Shown: in pieces, positions 52,091 to 60,568 of the stretch | Position numbering within the stretch: the stretch's first letter is position 1 | Layout: each line of letters opens with the position of its first letter | Source: a virus | Lineage: Duplodnaviria > Caudoviricetes | Length of the DNA: 64,000 nucleotides | Direction: 5' to 3' (one strand) | Virus record (IMG/VR): IMGVR_UViG_3300037067_021792 | Made by a program: the position numbers and the translations under genes | Notes under the pieces: generated by a model | Database searches by the model: none | Seen by the model: only the letters and a program-made list of their open reading frames with translations | What the model was told of the DNA's origin: nothing

Positions 52091-55000
52091 ATATGTCTAA
52101 AGAACGAGATAGGGTAGTATCTATAGTAAAAGAAATAAATCCACCCGAGCTGATATCTCAGAAAGATAGATTAAATTCTGAATTATCCAGAATGGATGAT
52201 ATGGGGGTTCTGCCTAATCTGCTATCAATATACGACGATATTAAAAAGAATCCAAATCTAAAAGGAAACACAAACGTCCCTAATTCGCTTCTAGTATATT
52301 GTATGGGTATCACATCAAAACATCCGGATGGGGAATTTACTCTTGAAAAACGACGAGTTTATGGCAGAGATGGATGGCCAGATATTGATATGGATTTCTG
52401 TTATGAACGCAGGCATGAGGTTATAGAGTATTTAATTGAGAAATATGGTCGAGATAAAGTTGCAAATATAGGAACCGTGCAAACTCTAAAAACTAAATCT
52501 GCTTTGCGTCGTGTCATCCGGGCAGTAGATCCGGAAGGGTCTGTGGCCCAGGGTGATCCGAGTAGAAATTTTCAATTTCAAAATGAAATTCTTAATACTC
52601 TTCCCAAATCCAGTATCATGAAAAGAGCGGATGGAACAATCATAGAAGATCTACAGCAAGCATATGATGAGTTCTCAGAATTTCGAAGATATATGGACAA
52701 ATATCCACAAGTATTCGAAATGGCAAAAAATTTAGAAGGTGGCATTTCTGCATGGGGCGCACATGCAGCCGGAATTGTAATATCTCCAATACCCCTGTCT
52801 GAAATATGTCCGTTGCATGTCACAAAAGGAATGGCAGATGATGACACGGCAGAAAAGACCGAATACCAGCCAGAAAAAATGGTTGCTACTCAGTTCTCAA
52901 TGAGCGATGTGGAATCTGTCGGACTTATTAAAATGGATATCCTCGGTTTATCTACCAAGACTGCTATTAATTTAGCTGTAGAGTTAATCAAACAAAACCA
53001 CAGCATCGATGTAGATGTCGCTAATATTCCATTGGATGACAAATTGACTATCAATTTGCTGAAATCAGGACACACCGATGGATGCTTCCAATTAGAAGAA
53101 GTTGGCATGAAGCAAACTATCCAACAAATTGACATAGACTCTTTCGGCGATTTAATGATAGCAATAGCAATGTATAGACCGGGGCCCAAAGACTATATAC
53201 CAGAGATTGCCAGTCGTAAAAAGGGGCAGAAAAAGATTGATTATCCCCATCCTCTTATGGAAAAAATAACCAAAGAAACCTACGGTATTATGTCTTATCA
53301 AGAGGAGGTTATGCAAGTTTTTATGTCACTTGCTGATCTACCACCATCAGAGGGATACACTTTCATGAAAGGTTGTGCTAAGAAGAAAAAGAAATTAATT
53401 CAAGATGCTAAGGATAAATTTATTAAAGGAGCTGTTGCCCGTGGTGTGCCTAAACAGACAGTTCAAAAAATATGGGGGGACATGGAAAAATTCGGTGGAT
53501 ATGCCTTCAACAAGTCACTGTCCCACAACGAGAAAATCATAACCTCCGAAAAGGACCTCTCTATCCAAGAATTGTATAATAGAAAGACCAGAGGAGAAAA
53601 ACTGCCGAATGTATATAGTCCAGACGGAAAATCAATTAGAATTGCAGATGTATACGATCATGGTGTAATTCCTGTTTGGGAGGTTATATTTAGTGACGGA
53701 AGTATTCATAAATGCTCGATGAATCACAGATTTTTAACCACTAGCGGCGTTCTGCCTCTGCATGATATTTTAAAACATAAAGTATCAGTTATACAGAATG
53801 CGGAGATATTACATGCCCAAAAGGAAAGATTGGATTTGTTCAGGATGCCAGGCTCTTTTGACGAACCGCCGGCTTTTCGATGTCCACAAACGGGAATGCA
53901 AGAAGTACCATCTAAGCAAAAAACACTTCGAATGCCAGGGTTGCTATCAGAAGTTTACAAAAAGGGGACTGTGGAAGCACAAGAGAGAATGTGCTCTGTG
54001 GAAATCTCTCAAATCAGACCACTACTCACAACCAAACTCAATAAATTCAAGAAAATTTTGGGATCAAATACACCAGGATCCTACACAAATGGAGGCATAC
54101 AAAAACAAGGTGTCGATATCGGTATCGTTGTCGATTCTTGCAAATCAAACAGAGAGACAGCGCAGGTCAATATTGATGTCCAAATTAAACCAGAATTATT
54201 ACGATCTATTTCAAAAAAATCGATCCGACACAGCAGCAAAAACATCCGCAAGACCGGACATACAAAAGCAAAGAGCCATGCGATTGAAGAAATGGAGAGA
54301 AGAGAATCCCGAGAAGTTTATGAAAATAATCAGCAGTTGGCAATCAGCCCCGGAATGCATGCTCAAAACTATATTGTTGCCAATGGGATTCAAACATTCT
54401 CAAATAGTGAAAAGTCAAAAGTTTACATCCAAGTCAAAAAGAAGACAAATAGATTTTATGGATCAATCCCGCAAAATAGTAGTAGAATACGATGGACAGT
54501 ATCATTTCTCGAACAGAGATGCTCTCAGATTCAACCAAGAGAAACAAAAGGATTTGGAGGTAAATCAGGTTCTTTGCAGCAGAGGATATCTAGTGATACG
54601 AATGTCTTACGATGTATGGAGGTATTCCAAAAAAGAGTTCAAAAACGAAGCTTTAGGAATTCTTTTCAACCTGATTTGCAATTGCTCAGAAAGAAGTATA
54701 GTCAAAACAATTGGAAAGAAGTACAAATCATAGGTATAAAATACGTAGGGATGGAACAATGTTATGATTTGGAAGTGGACAGTCCAGAGCATCTTTATTG
54801 TTTGTCATCGGGTATTATTAATAGCAATTCTCATGCCTGCGCTTATGCATATGAAAGTTGGAAAACTGCGTATCTAAAGGCCCACTTTCCTGTTGAATTT
54901 GTTTCGGCCCGTATGACTGTTGAAGCTAAACGCAGAAAATTTGATTATGTAGAGAAGTGCGAAAGAGATGCCACTAGTCATTTTGGCATTAAAATACTCC

Positions 55001-55341
55001 CTATAGATTTGAATAAGTCCAAGATGTCATATACAATAACAGGGGACAAAGAGTTGCGTAGACCTTTGATTATTAAAGATATTGGTGATAAGGCTGCTGA
55101 AGAGATAATTAAACACCAACCTTATGATGTTCAGGACTTGTTTTATTCGTTTGCTTCTGTGGTTGGTCCCGCTGTTAACACCAGAGTTATTGAGGCATTA
55201 TGTGATGCCAAATTATTCGGTGACATAAAGAAAGCTAAAGCTTTGAAAGATTTCGATGATATCAAGAACGATAGAAAGAAATCAGTGGGCAGGCAAACTG
55301 GGGATATTTTTGGCTCTAACCGTGTATCCCGGAAAAAATAA
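52087..55341 (+). CDS. dnaE: DNA polymerase III alpha, C-terminal part (catalytic palm, fingers, HhH) with intein; no OB-fold
   Basis: PDIDMDF, HAAGIVIS, GLIKMDILGL, GCFQLE, YRPGP, YQEE, YAFNK|SHACAYA, YLKAHFP, IKDIG. SD favours ATG 52093. Confidence 0.9.
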   Translation: MNMSKERDRVVSIVKEINPPELISQKDRLNSELSRMDDMGVLPNLLSIYDDIKKNPNLKGNTNVPNSLLVYCMGITSKHPDGEFTLEKRRVYGRDGWPDIDMDFCYERRHEVIEYLIEKYGRDKVANIGTVQTLKTKSALRRVIRAVDPEGSVAQGDPSRNFQFQNEILNTLPKSSIMKRADGTIIEDLQQAYDEFSEFRRYMDKYPQVFEMAKNLEGGISAWGAHAAGIVISPIPLSEICPLHVTKGMADDDTAEKTEYQPEKMVATQFSMSDVESVGLIKMDILGLSTKTAINLAVELIKQNHSIDVDVANIPLDDKLTINLLKSGHTDGCFQLEEVGMKQTIQQIDIDSFGDLMIAIAMYRPGPKDYIPEIASRKKGQKKIDYPHPLMEKITKETYGIMSYQEEVMQVFMSLADLPPSEGYTFMKGCAKKKKKLIQDAKDKFIKGAVARGVPKQTVQKIWGDMEKFGGYAFNKSLSHNEKIITSEKDLSIQELYNRKTRGEKLPNVYSPDGKSIRIADVYDHGVIPVWEVIFSDGSIHKCSMNHRFLTTSGVLPLHDILKHKVSVIQNAEILHAQKERLDLFRMPGSFDEPPAFRCPQTGMQEVPSKQKTLRMPGLLSEVYKKGTVEAQERMCSVEISQIRPLLTTKLNKFKKILGSNTPGSYTNGGIQKQGVDIGIVVDSCKSNRETAQVNIDVQIKPELLRSISKKSIRHSSKNIRKTGHTKAKSHAIEEMERRESREVYENNQQLAISPGMHAQNYIVANGIQTFSNSEKSKVYIQVKKKTNRFYGSIPQNSSRIRWTVSFLEQRCSQIQPRETKGFGGKSGSLQQRISSDTNVLRCMEVFQKRVQKRSFRNSFQPDLQLLRKKYSQNNWKEVQIIGIKYVGMEQCYDLEVDSPEHLYCLSSGIINSNSHACAYAYESWKTAYLKAHFPVEFVSARMTVEAKRRKFDYVEKCERDATSHFGIKILPIDLNKSKMSYTITGDKELRRPLIIKDIGDKAAEEIIKHQPYDVQDLFYSFASVVGPAVNTRVIEALCDAKLFGDIKKAKALKDFDDIKNDRKKSVGRQTGDIFGSNRVSRKK
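53572..53586 (+). promoter_or_regulatory. Promoter-like TTGTATAATAGAAAG inside the intein
   Basis: Identical 15-mer occurs in the intergenic region at 55384-55398. Confidence 0.45.
53813..54733 (+). CDS. Nested +1-frame homing endonuclease (two zinc fingers and a Vsr/DUF559-like nuclease)
   Basis: CSGC..H.REC and CQGC..H.REC repeats; QIDF....IVVEYDGQYH...KD......GYLVIRM. GGAGA SD 6 nt before ATG 53813 (ORF track start 53798). Confidence 0.8.
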   Translation: MPKRKDWICSGCQALLTNRRLFDVHKRECKKYHLSKKHFECQGCYQKFTKRGLWKHKRECALWKSLKSDHYSQPNSINSRKFWDQIHQDPTQMEAYKNKVSISVSLSILANQTERQRRSILMSKLNQNYYDLFQKNRSDTAAKTSARPDIQKQRAMRLKKWREENPEKFMKIISSWQSAPECMLKTILLPMGFKHSQIVKSQKFTSKSKRRQIDFMDQSRKIVVEYDGQYHFSNRDALRFNQEKQKDLEVNQVLCSRGYLVIRMSYDVWRYSKKEFKNEALGILFNLICNCSERSIVKTIGKKYKS

Positions 55342-55383
55342 TTTCAAAAATTTTCAGATTTTTCGCCAAATCGTAAAATTCTG

Positions 55384-55420
55384 TTGTATAATAGAAAGTA
55401 TTAAGTAAATAGGAGATATT
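55384..55420 (+). promoter_or_regulatory. Promoter (-10 TATAAT) and SD for the recombination operon
   Basis: AT-rich intergenic gap, TATAAT 55387-55392, AGGAG before GTG 55423. Confidence 0.55.
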
Positions 55421-55422
55421 CC

Positions 55423-55785
55423 GTGGGTAATGAAGGATTGCAGACTGAAAAAGATACTGACGTAGATCACACCTCTCAAGTAATCGAAACAACAAAAAAA
55501 CGACAAGGTAGAATCAGGATGGGTATTCAGCGCACCCTGCCTACTGCTCGTTTTGAAAGCGTTGTTATCCATTATGAAATTGATGAAGAAATTGCTTGGG
55601 ATAAGACAGAAGAACGATACAGTAAAGTAATGAATTGGGAGGCAGTTTTGGCCAAAGAATTCAAAGTGATTCATGATAAGGTATTGGAAGAACTGGAATT
55701 GACACACAAGAGAGCCTACTTCAAAGACAACAGACCAGAACCTTATCCAGAGAATAGACTTGACGATCTTGATTCACTAGACTAG
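55423..55785 (+). CDS. Hypothetical protein with acidic tail
   Basis: 120 aa, AGGAG SD. Confidence 0.7.
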   Translation: MGNEGLQTEKDTDVDHTSQVIETTKKRQGRIRMGIQRTLPTARFESVVIHYEIDEEIAWDKTEERYSKVMNWEAVLAKEFKVIHDKVLEELELTHKRAYFKDNRPEPYPENRLDDLDSLD

Positions 55786-55793
55786 GATATAAC

Positions 55794-56990
55794 ATGGACA
55801 AAGACCAAATGGCGTTGTTGTTTGATATCGATATTAGTGATTCACCAAATGAAAAAAAGGATGAATCATCGGATTATTCAACAACCGCAGAAGACAAGGC
55901 CGTGCAAGAATTCGGCGAAAAAATTAAAGATATGAGAGTATTTATGGAACCAGAAACAGATAATGATATAATCAATAAAGCAATTGAACAAGCTGATAAT
56001 CCTGCCGCTAAAAAACCAAAGCGTCAGGTAGAGGAGATTGAAAGCGACGGAAATATTGTAACTGAAGACTTTACAGATGAAATACGTAAAGACATGAAAG
56101 AGTTTGAAGTTAGTGATGACAGCAGTTTTCAAGATGCATCTCCGGAAATACTAGATGGACCCGGTAGCGATGAAGATATCCCTGATCCCGAAGTTATTAT
56201 TCCGGATGATTCAAACGATCTAGATGAAGATATTCCAGATTCAAATTCAGGTGAGAGTGATTCAAATCCGCTAGGACTTTTTCCTTCAGAACTGAAAGAA
56301 TATGATAGAATTAAGAAAGACTATCCAATGTTTCCTCTTTATGATGGGTCCGTGACTTTCAGAGAATTTTATCATTATAAATTTATTACATTGAAATCCT
56401 TACTCAATAGATTTAGACTTTTAGATTTGAAGTCTATTAAAGATGAAGTGTGTGAGATAAATCTAGATCACTACGTTGGCGATGACTACATTTCCCCTGA
56501 AATTCTACAGCGTAAAATAGACCAGACTTATCAAGCAAGAGTACGTTTGTCATCTCTTTTAATTTCGATATTTGAGCAGCAACCCGCATGGGTTAGATGG
56601 TGCGAGATGCTACGATCGAAGTTGTGGAAAGACCACGACTTAAAAGGGGCGCATCGTAGAGATGGATTAACTATTGAGCACATGGGAGATGTAGAGGATT
56701 ATGTATCGGTTATGCAGGGTGTTTTAGAGTCCGCAAAACATGCTGATACAATGTTAAAAGCTGCGTCTGAAAGTCTCAGCAGACAGCTAACTTGTTTGCA
56801 GATTAAACAGGCAACAGGATTCATAGATGAACCTGTTCATTCTAAGAAGAAAAATACCTCAAATAAATTGGACGGTTTTGATGATATAGAAACCGGAACA
56901 TCAATTAGCGCACCTAAAACAGACAGGAAGCCAGATACAATAGCATTTGGCAGCGATATTGAGGTCGATGATCTTTCACAACTAGGTTAA
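55794..56990 (+). CDS. Hypothetical protein, acidic N-half and helical C-half (possible recombination mediator)
   Basis: 398 aa; lies directly before SSB and recA; function is positional inference. Confidence 0.65.
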   Translation: MDKDQMALLFDIDISDSPNEKKDESSDYSTTAEDKAVQEFGEKIKDMRVFMEPETDNDIINKAIEQADNPAAKKPKRQVEEIESDGNIVTEDFTDEIRKDMKEFEVSDDSSFQDASPEILDGPGSDEDIPDPEVIIPDDSNDLDEDIPDSNSGESDSNPLGLFPSELKEYDRIKKDYPMFPLYDGSVTFREFYHYKFITLKSLLNRFRLLDLKSIKDEVCEINLDHYVGDDYISPEILQRKIDQTYQARVRLSSLLISIFEQQPAWVRWCEMLRSKLWKDHDLKGAHRRDGLTIEHMGDVEDYVSVMQGVLESAKHADTMLKAASESLSRQLTCLQIKQATGFIDEPVHSKKKNTSNKLDGFDDIETGTSISAPKTDRKPDTIAFGSDIEVDDLSQLG

Positions 56991-57003
56991 ATGGAGAAAA
57001 ATT

Positions 57004-57639
57004 ATGGCTACTGAAATTGATTGGAATTCCGTAGGAGGAAAAGAGTCCAAGTCCAAAGTCCGATTCATCAAATTCGCTAGTGGGAAACTGGTTGTATTTC
57101 GCCCGATTGGCAAAGGCGTAGAATTTGTTAAGTTCTTCGTTAAAACACCGTCAGGTTCCAGGTCAGTTTGCGTCAACCCTGCCGATGGAGAACAGGCCGC
57201 AGCTATGCTCACCGAACATACTGGGCAAGAATACACATCACAGCCACGGTATGCAACCAATGTAATTGACCGCGCCGATGGCGTTCTTAAAATTCTTGAA
57301 GGTGGGTCATCTATCTTTAAGCATTTCCGGAATTGGGTTGTGGCCAACAAAGTACATCTTGGACATCGAGCTGGTGGGGATTGGGCCATTACAGCCGATG
57401 GCGAAGGAAAGGCCCGAAGATATACAACTTCGCTCGTAAAACTTTCTCCTATTACCGAGAAAGAAGAAGCCGATTTTAAAGCTCTTAAAACGAATGGATG
57501 GGTTCTAGATGAGGTTTACAAGTCTGTTCCTTTGGAAGATTTAATTGAGACTGTATTTGGGGAGAAAAACACCAGTAATTCAACAAAAGATGCTGGTAAA
57601 ACTGTCGGCGGAATCGACGACGATCCGATTGACTTCTGA
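57004..57639 (+). CDS. Putative phage single-stranded DNA-binding protein (gp32-like)
   Basis: PRYATNVIDRADGVLKILE, GEGKARRY, acidic-aromatic tail DDDPIDF; next to recA. Confidence 0.65.
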   Translation: MATEIDWNSVGGKESKSKVRFIKFASGKLVVFRPIGKGVEFVKFFVKTPSGSRSVCVNPADGEQAAAMLTEHTGQEYTSQPRYATNVIDRADGVLKILEGGSSIFKHFRNWVVANKVHLGHRAGGDWAITADGEGKARRYTTSLVKLSPITEKEEADFKALKTNGWVLDEVYKSVPLEDLIETVFGEKNTSNSTKDAGKTVGGIDDDPIDF

Positions 57640-57652
57640 TTCTGATTGCTGT

Positions 57653-57688
57653 GCAGAGATGCCAGTCTTAAATGGTTGGCATCTCTGT
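57653..57688 (+). terminator. Strong intergenic hairpin (terminator/attenuator or processing site) between ssb and recA
   Basis: GCAGAGATGCCAGTC-TTAAAT-GGTTGGCATCTCTGT, ~15-bp stem including G-U pairs; weak U-tract. Confidence 0.6.
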
Positions 57689-57713
57689 TACTATGAATAT
57701 TTAGGAGAAAGAT

Positions 57714-58955
57714 ATGTCTACCAGAAATCTGTCCAAAAAAGCTAGGGATGAAGTTCTCAAAAAGTTGGTACAAAAATTTGGAGAGGGATTCATTGAAACA
57801 GGAATACCCAACCGAAAACTAGAGGCCTGGCCAACCGGAAGCGATGATCTTGATGAGGTTCTCACTAAGGGTGCAATGGGGTTTGCCAAGGGTGCCATTG
57901 TTGAGCTTATTGGTGGTGAGGCTGCTGGAAAATCTTCTGTGGCTTTACGAACTGTGGGGTTGGCCCAAAAAGAAGGGAACCAATGTGTTTGGTTTGATGC
58001 TGAGGCATCATTTAGCAATGACCTTGCCATAATTAATGGTGTTAAACCGGAAGAATTATTAATGCCGAGCATGTCCACTGCTACCGAAAAAGCCGATGAT
58101 GGCGCATTTTTTAATTCATCGGAAGTGTTGAATATGATTTATATGGCAGTTGTGTCGAATGCTTTCGGAATTATTGTTCTTGATTCGGTTGCAGGATTAC
58201 TTCCAGATATGGCGATAAAGGATCCCGATCCCAATAAGCAAAAACCAGGCGAAGTAGCCAATAGCATGTCAAGGCATTTGGGTAAAATAGCCCAAGCCTG
58301 CAAAGCTACGTCTACAACTGTTATTTTTATTAATCAGCTCCGAGACAAAATCGGAGAATACAATAAGCATTCTATGGCGGCGAGATTTCACTCCCCTGGT
58401 GGACGTGCTCTCAAGTTCTTCGCACATCAAAGAGTGGGATTAATACAAAAGGGTGGTGACGCTGGTAAGATATGGGCACCAGATGAGGACGGGTCGTCAA
58501 TATTAATTGGACATTATGCTCGGGCATCTGTAATCAAGAACCGGATGGCTCCTCCAGTTCCTCCCGATGTGAATATTGAGATTCCGATTTATTATCGGCA
58601 CTATGATCCGGATAACGCAAAGAAGTGCTATGATGCAGCCAGATTGTTGAAAGTAATTACGATTCGTAATGGCATTTTAACATGGAAAGATGACAATCGC
58701 AATATAATTCTTCAGGTAGAGGGCGAAGGTTCTATGCTTAAACTAATTAGAGACAATGGTCTTGAACCTCGATTAGCATCAGTATGTGTCGTCGCCGCAG
58801 CAGAAGGTAAAAAGTCTAAAAATCCGGTTAAGATACCAAAATCAGTTCAAGATTTGGCTGGGACGTATGTGGATACTGGAGAAAAAATATCAATTAAAAG
58901 CGATGTTCCACAGCCAGACGAAACAGAGGTTTCCGAACACGACGACGATCTATGA
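57714..58955 (+). CDS. recA: RecA recombinase
   Basis: PTGSDDLD, GGEAAGKS, WFDAE, IVLDSVAGL, IFINQLRDKIG, SPGGRALKF, KNRMAPP. Confidence 0.92.
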   Translation: MSTRNLSKKARDEVLKKLVQKFGEGFIETGIPNRKLEAWPTGSDDLDEVLTKGAMGFAKGAIVELIGGEAAGKSSVALRTVGLAQKEGNQCVWFDAEASFSNDLAIINGVKPEELLMPSMSTATEKADDGAFFNSSEVLNMIYMAVVSNAFGIIVLDSVAGLLPDMAIKDPDPNKQKPGEVANSMSRHLGKIAQACKATSTTVIFINQLRDKIGEYNKHSMAARFHSPGGRALKFFAHQRVGLIQKGGDAGKIWAPDEDGSSILIGHYARASVIKNRMAPPVPPDVNIEIPIYYRHYDPDNAKKCYDAARLLKVITIRNGILTWKDDNRNIILQVEGEGSMLKLIRDNGLEPRLASVCVVAAAEGKKSKNPVKIPKSVQDLAGTYVDTGEKISIKSDVPQPDETEVSEHDDDL

Positions 58956-59650
58956 AACGGTTTAGCGAAGCTCACCGCGAAGAATTGCTATTGAAATCCC
59001 AAAACTGTCTACTGACAAAGGAAGGTGCCCCGGGGATGGAGTATCTTACGGAGCACCGTAAATTGGATTTGGAGACTATACAATCTTTTGGACTTGGATA
59101 TATCCCATCAAATGTAAAACATCAATTAGCCGGGCGGATCGTTATTCCACTATACGATCCAAGTGGAAATTTGATCGTTCTTGCGTCAAGGATGATAAAT
59201 GATGAACCATCTGATCTGCCAGTATATTGGCATGAAAGCTATGAAAAAAGTTATTATCTATATGGGTGTAATTTAGCTAAAAATTGGATGCGGAAATGGA
59301 ACGTAGCTGTGTTGTGCGAAGGGCAATTTGATGTTATGCAAATGCACAAGAACGGAATTAGAAATACGGTTGGCCTTTGTTCCAACAAATTTTCTGATAT
59401 ACAATTATCTGTAATACTCAGGTATTGTGATGAAATCGTCGTTTTGTTAGATTGTGATGAAAATGAAGCCGGACAATTGGCATCCGAAAAAATAATATCC
59501 CACCTAGTTCCGAGAGGATACAAGATTATATCTGCTGAGATAATCAAGGGATATGACCCAGATGACTTCCTTAAAGAATTTGGCGATCGTGATTTGAAAA
59601 AAATAATTAATAACAAAGTTAAAGAGTTAAGGTACAATGCCGAAAATTAG
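58952..59650 (+). CDS. dnaG: DNA primase catalytic core (TOPRIM) lacking the zinc-binding domain
   Basis: EYL..RK, FGLGY, RIVIPL, LYG, LCEGQFDVM, LLDCDENEAG, YDPDDFL. Confidence 0.85.
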   Translation: MKRFSEAHREELLLKSQNCLLTKEGAPGMEYLTEHRKLDLETIQSFGLGYIPSNVKHQLAGRIVIPLYDPSGNLIVLASRMINDEPSDLPVYWHESYEKSYYLYGCNLAKNWMRKWNVAVLCEGQFDVMQMHKNGIRNTVGLCSNKFSDIQLSVILRYCDEIVVLLDCDENEAGQLASEKIISHLVPRGYKIISAEIIKGYDPDDFLKEFGDRDLKKIINNKVKELRYNAEN

Positions 59651-60554
59651 TTTATTGAAGGGTGTCGAAAAATACCTCACTGAGAAAGCAAAAAACAATC
59701 CTCGTGATAATTCTCATTTTCATCCGTCTTCCTGGGATGATTGTAAACGCAAAATTGCTTATCAGTTTTACGAAGCAAAAGGATATATTAGTGTCCAAGA
59801 TAATGCCATAAAAGTAAGTCCGCAATTGGAGCGTATTTTTGATAATGGGCATTTTGTTCATGCTCGTTGGCAACAGTATTTGTCTTGTGCTGCTCCGCAG
59901 GCTGTATATGGTAGGTGGTTATGCGCCAATCCTTTATGTGGTTTGGTATATGGCACTAATAGCAAATTGGGCATTCCTAGGCCCCAGAAATGTACTACAT
60001 GCGATAGTCCGGAATTTAAATATCAAGAGGTAGGATTTTTTGACGAAGAAACAATGTGGGGAGGGCACGTCGATGCCATTGTAGATGTTCGTAAGTGGAA
60101 TGAGGCCATAGTCGGGCGACTGAATCCGCAGAATTCAGACGAGATTGCAGACGAGATTGCAGACGAGATGATTGCAGTTAATGTTTTCCAATACCCAGAT
60201 GAAGATGATAGTATAGCAATTCTTGATTATAAATCGATGAATCCATTTGATTTTAAAAAGCTAGATAAGCCAAAAAGTGAACATATAACCCAAATACAAA
60301 TATACATGTATTTGTCTGGGCTGAAATACTCAAAATTCATATATGAAGATAAATCGAATCAGTCAGTAAAAGAGTTTCTTGTAGAGAGAGATGATAATCT
60401 TCTGCAAGTTAAAATAAACGAAGCCAAGGAGTTAAAATATGTCGTATTGAACATGAAATCATCTGGGAAAAGAGCACTTCCCGATAGAGGATACCGAGAA
60501 AAAAGCCATAAAAAATGCCTTCGATGCAAATATCGAGGACATTGCTGGAAATGA
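59637..60554 (+). CDS. Cas4-like PD-(D/E)xK exonuclease with inserted zinc ribbon
   Basis: PSSWDDCKRK, GHVDA, LDYKS, QIQIY, CLRCKYRGHC (Fe-S cysteines); extra CANPLC...CTTC. Confidence 0.75.
   Translation: MPKISLLKGVEKYLTEKAKNNPRDNSHFHPSSWDDCKRKIAYQFYEAKGYISVQDNAIKVSPQLERIFDNGHFVHARWQQYLSCAAPQAVYGRWLCANPLCGLVYGTNSKLGIPRPQKCTTCDSPEFKYQEVGFFDEETMWGGHVDAIVDVRKWNEAIVGRLNPQNSDEIADEIADEMIAVNVFQYPDEDDSIAILDYKSMNPFDFKKLDKPKSEHITQIQIYMYLSGLKYSKFIYEDKSNQSVKEFLVERDDNLLQVKINEAKELKYVVLNMKSSGKRALPDRGYREKSHKKCLRCKYRGHCWK
60136..60169 (+). repeat. 12-nt tandem repeat (CAGACGAGATTG x~2.8)
   Basis: In-frame DEIA-DEIA-DEM in a loop of the Cas4-like gene. Confidence 0.85.
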
Positions 60555-60568
60555 TATGGAGAATTTAT

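Larger units (their letters stand above)
53515..54828 (+). mobile_element. Intein in DnaE (438 aa) at FNK|SH with out-of-frame endonuclease
   Basis: Starts SLSHNEKI; block B CSMNHRFLT; ends CYDLEVDSPEHLYCLSSGIINSN before Ser+1. Removal restores YAFNKSHACAY. Confidence 0.88.

Noticed and set aside
51620-52380. Self-splicing intron joining the dnaE halves
   Set aside because: The interval is filled by coding sequence, and I saw no group I/II core or maturase. Not excluded without Infernal or RT-PCR.
10258-60160. ACGAGATTG recurring at the frame-change site (10259), in the RNA candidate (38441) and in the tandem repeat (60139)
   Set aside because: A 9-mer noticed post hoc at three unrelated loci with no extended similarity; compatible with chance.
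60136-60169. CRISPR-like array near the Cas4-like gene
   Set aside because: Only a 12-nt in-frame tandem repeat with no spacers; no array seen in the window.
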